A stretch of 64,000 nt of DNA from Eukaryota sp. TZLM1-RC (lineage: Eukaryota > Protista > Metamonada: BaSk clade), in the NCBI GenBank assembly GCA_040285825.1, contig JAUPSS010000004.1, forward strand, positions 2,646,550-2,710,549, written 5' to 3'. Under the pieces are notes generated by a model, which was not told the origin of the DNA, made no database searches, and was given only the letters and a program-made list of their open reading frames with translations. The position numbers were made by a program, and so were the translations under genes. Numbering within the stretch: the first letter of the stretch is position 1; the number at the start of each line of letters is the position of its first letter. Shown here piece by piece: positions 60,292-64,000 of the stretch.

Positions 60292-61625
60292 CTAAGTATG
60301 GTAACCTCTTTGTGTAATCCAACCCCGAGGATATTGTCAATGGTAAGTCATTAGGATTAATCATTGAAACTACTTTATTCGAAGGAGTCCAGGCTTGTAC
60401 ATCATGACCAGCACAAGAGAGCGTTAAATTGGGTACATCACTATGCATGGATATATCAGAAACTCCTTCATTATGCCCACCATGTACAAAGAGCAAATCT
60501 GATGGTACGCCTTCTTTGCCTTTTCACTCTTTGCATATGAAAGATCCCAATAGCAAACCATACCATTGACATCTCCTGTCACCACTATGCTTTCATCACA
60601 CGGGGAGCAACAAAGAGATAGAATTTCAGCATCATGAAATTCCAACGAATGCAAAGGCTTTCCTTCAGATAAGTTCCGGGTGTCCATTAGCTCCACAACG
60701 CCATTTTCCCTGCAACCAACAACATTGGATCACGAAACTCACACCATTGTACACAGTTGAGCTCCAGGTTTCTTCCACCGTTATTAACCTTACAGCTCTC
60801 TTTAGGCCCTTCTAGATTAGGAGCACGTAGATCCCAAAACGCCAGCATTGAGTTATCATCGACAGCAGCGAGAATACTAGAGGCTCGGGGTTGGAAAGCT
60901 ACGTCTCCAATGGCGCTATCATGCCAGCCACCAAAGGAAAGAAACGGCGGGACGATTGAATTGAGAGGATCACCTACATCCCAGACAAGGATAAGACCGT
61001 CATTGCCTGATGAAGCAACGATTGATTGGTCATGATTGGTCCTTGCCCAATCAAGCCCAAACCCTTCCTTAAAATGCCCAGTTAGCGTCAACAAAGGAGA
61101 CACTTCATCATCTTTTGATTGGAAACGTGAACGTTGAGGATTAGGGTTAGGGTTAGAATCACGACTGGGAATGTCAAAGAGAAGAACATCTGGGTGGGTA
61201 GTGTAGGCAGCAGCTAAAGATCCCTCAACGTTGGACCTCACTTTGTTAACTTCACCCGTGACTTTCATTGTACTGGTAATGGTCATGTTAGCAACATCTC
61301 CGTAACCAGGAATGACTGGGACAGAGTGGGGGTCGAGGTCATGCATTTGGGAACCCTTTATGTGGTTTTCAGGGGGAAGAGTGACTTCGCAGAGTTGAAG
61401 AAAACTCGAATCGTCAGATTCTGAGAAGTAAGTGCCACTTATGAATCTACATGTAGGGGAGTTCTTTTCAGTGTTGAGATGACAACCAGGAAGCCATTGG
61501 AGAGAGTAGGAGGGACATTCAAAGGTTTGAGAGAAGAAAAAGTCATAGAGATGTGGTACGTTCTGCTTCCATATGGTGTACTCATCCCCCGCTCCTGAAG
61601 GTCTAGAAGGGGATGTCTCAGACAT
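60292..61625 (-). CDS. RBBP4: RBBP4/MSI1 copy 3 (frameshifted)
   Basis: Duplicate; its N-terminal part is open across the breaks seen in copy 1. Confidence 0.65.
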
Positions 61626-61767
61626 ATGCTGAAGAGAAATCAAGTGTTGGCTCTGAGAATTTCACACAAAGTGAATATTGAATAAATATCCCTAATAATT
61701 GTGTAAACTTCTCAGCACCAAGGGTTAGTATACACTAAACACCTTGGAAATACGTTGATTAAAACAG

Positions 61768-63637
61768 CTACTGCTGTCTTCTTAGACGTCTCACACGCCT
61801 TGGCCTTCTGAATGGTTCTGGCCTAGTACCAGTGAAATACTCACTAATTGCAATCTCCAGCTGGTTTCTGGAGGCTGAGATGTCTCTAGACCAGTTGGTC
61901 TGACATCGAGGGCAATCGAACTTCGCGTTATTTACCCTTCCGTCATCATGATAGATCTTTCTATGAAAGACCTTACAGCAATTCACATTTGCTGAGGTCA
62001 TAAACTCGTCCCCGACTTTGACGTTTTCAAAGTGTTTTTTTGATTTGTTTGAGAAATCTCTTTCGGGGATTTCACAGATTGACGTGATGGACCACCACCG
62101 CCATTGCCGAACCAAACTATAGTGTTTCTTCCTTCAGATAAGCGTTTAATTTTGTTAATAAAACTAGTTAGTCTCTTTTTGTCTTCGTATGAAGAAATCA
62201 AACTTATTTCTTCTCAGCTTTTTTTCTTGCACCACGCTGCAAATTTCCAGACATAATTGAAGCATATTCAGGCTCTTCCTCAGATTCAGGAACATAAGGT
62301 AAACTTATTTCAATCAGATACTCTTGGAAGCTCTGAGCGGAATAAGTGTTAGGAGTTGCTTGAGTGAGAGGAGGGGGGTGATTTAGTCTTCGTTCTTTTG
62401 GATTCAGTAGCAGTCCAGAACGTTCAAAAACAGTAGCAGAATTTCGGAAAGAACCAGCAGTCCAACCACAAAGATTGCTGTGGTTGGGATCAATGGCTAC
62501 AAAAAACAAATTTTCATCAGGATCTCTGTAATTGGGCTGTTGTTCCACTGGTAACCGCGGTCTTCTCTGTGGATTTGCTGTTGTATGGACATTGGATTTT
62601 CGTTTCCTTTCAGAGTTATGAAAATCATAATTTCCAGAGGCTCGCCTGGGTTCAAATTCCGCTTTATTTGGCCTATTATAAGTTTTTCTTTCCTTCTGGG
62701 TAAACGTAAACCGCAAGGAATCACCATTCGAAAAAATGGTATAGTTAATAAATTTCGATTTATTAAAAAACCGATAAGGGTTGTTCAGAAGCTCTTTGTT
62801 TGCATTTAGTTTTGTGAAATAAGCTTCTGCTTCTTTAGTCAAGCTGCAGAAGCACGGAGACCAACTGGACAGCGGAGAGAGAGAGTGCCTTTTCATCACA
62901 TCAGGGCAGTTATCTTCTAAAAAAGATAAAATGTTCAAGCCAGATTGAACGATTGTTGCAGCAGACTCCATATTGATGGGAAACCGTTCGTTTCTTATTG
63001 AATTTTCGAACAAATTTTGACCGCCACCAATATAGGCGTTGGCTGTCATATTGAGCCAATGGACCAAGATATGCTGGTGTATTTCTTGATACCATTGTAA
63101 AATTGACTCATCTGGCTGAATCCCTTGAAGTACACAGTCGGCGTATTTCTTGGGCCAGGGGCAATTTAGAAACTGGGCACAGCTTTTGAAAAAATTGCGT
63201 TTCCAGACGACAGGGCCGTCAGCAAGCAACTGACAAAAGGCTTCTCGCAGTTGGATGGCTCGACTGCCAAGAAGAGTGGAGAGACACCAAAATCTACCAC
63301 CGTCGGCTGAGGTGGTTTCATTCAGCGGTCGCCAGGGCCAAAAGTGCTGAACAAGGTGTTGCAGCGCTTGGTAAACCAAAGGATGGTTTTCAAATGGCCT
63401 CCTTTGTTTAGGTTCACTTTGGCAAACAAAGTCGAAACAGAGGCTCCAGAACTGGCTTTGAGTAAGCCACATAGAGTGTTCTGGGTATTGGAGCACAAAG
63501 AGTCGTGCTAGGTGAGTAGCATGAGCTCCAATACTAGCAAGAACTTGGAACTGGCGTTCCATAGCTTCTTGTGCCTCTGAGTCGAAGAACTGGTTGACAG
63601 ACGCTCCCACAGTTGTAGTTTGTAGAACGTTATCCAT
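61768..63637 (-). CDS. Fanzor copy 3 (N-terminal half and RuvC-I in one frame; indels in the C-terminal part)
   Basis: ORF 62204..63733 joins the two halves that are split in copies 1 and 2; candidate omegaRNA copy at 61638-61760. Confidence 0.7.
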
Positions 63638-64000
63638 GGCAGTCAACACAGAACGGAAACAGTCAGAAATGATTGAAAATTTGTTTACTAAAATTGAAAA
63701 TTTGTTGAAGTCAATCAATCTTATAGTTGTCAATTCAAAGTAAAGTTAGTTACAAGTGTTTATTAATGAGACATATCGTTCAAGATTACTTTCTGAATAT
63801 TTTCCTTTCTTCAGACAAGAACTACATGTTACAAAAGTTGGTGAGTGGAGTTTGGTTGGGTTGTCATCATTGCCCAGATTCGTAATTGAATTTCATTTCA
63901 TCACTTACAACATTTCATCACTTACTCTACTACGAACCTTCTCCTACGAATCCTTGCTTGCAGCTACTACCACTCTTTATGTCGGAAATTGAGAATCACT

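Larger units (their letters stand above)
59038..64000. repeat. direct copy of 47115-~52092, running off the window end
   Basis: Same orientation as the original and near-identical apart from indels. Confidence 0.95.

Noticed and set aside
53795-64000. Extra Fanzor copies as evidence of recent transposition
   Set aside because: They are duplicated together with ALG8 and RBBP4 flanks in one fold-back structure and are not independent insertions

Overview
AT-rich, apparently intron-free eukaryotic (flagellated protist-like) genomic DNA. Host genes include a SYP7-like syntaxin, IFT74, choline/ethanolamine kinase, a CPBP/Abi protease, a divergent ORC5-like AAA+ protein, ALG8, an RBBP4/MSI1 WD40 protein, two BTB paralogues, an RCC1-repeat protein and a RING-kinase-LRR protein. 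They sit among many transposon remnants: RLE-type non-LTR fragments, hAT, pogo-like and small LTR elements. The main discovery is a set of Fanzor (eukaryotic TnpB-like RNA-guided nuclease) elements from three families. One copy (49864-51730, minus) keeps all three RuvC catalytic motifs, is split only by a (CT)n frameshift, and is followed by a strongly base-paired candidate omegaRNA. Four more loci are 3'-end remnants. All five independent loci lie co-oriented with, and end 1-30 nt upstream of, the ATG of a neighbouring ORF (RCC1-like, a 104-aa ORF, ORC5-like, ALG8, RBBP4). This suggests start-site-targeted elements whose guides would be host 5'UTR/start-codon sequence. The region from about 53.8 kb to the end is an inverted plus direct re-copy of 47.1-52.3 kb with many homopolymer indels, probably a fold-back/MDA or long-read assembly artefact. 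All calls come from motif recognition by eye; no database searches were run.
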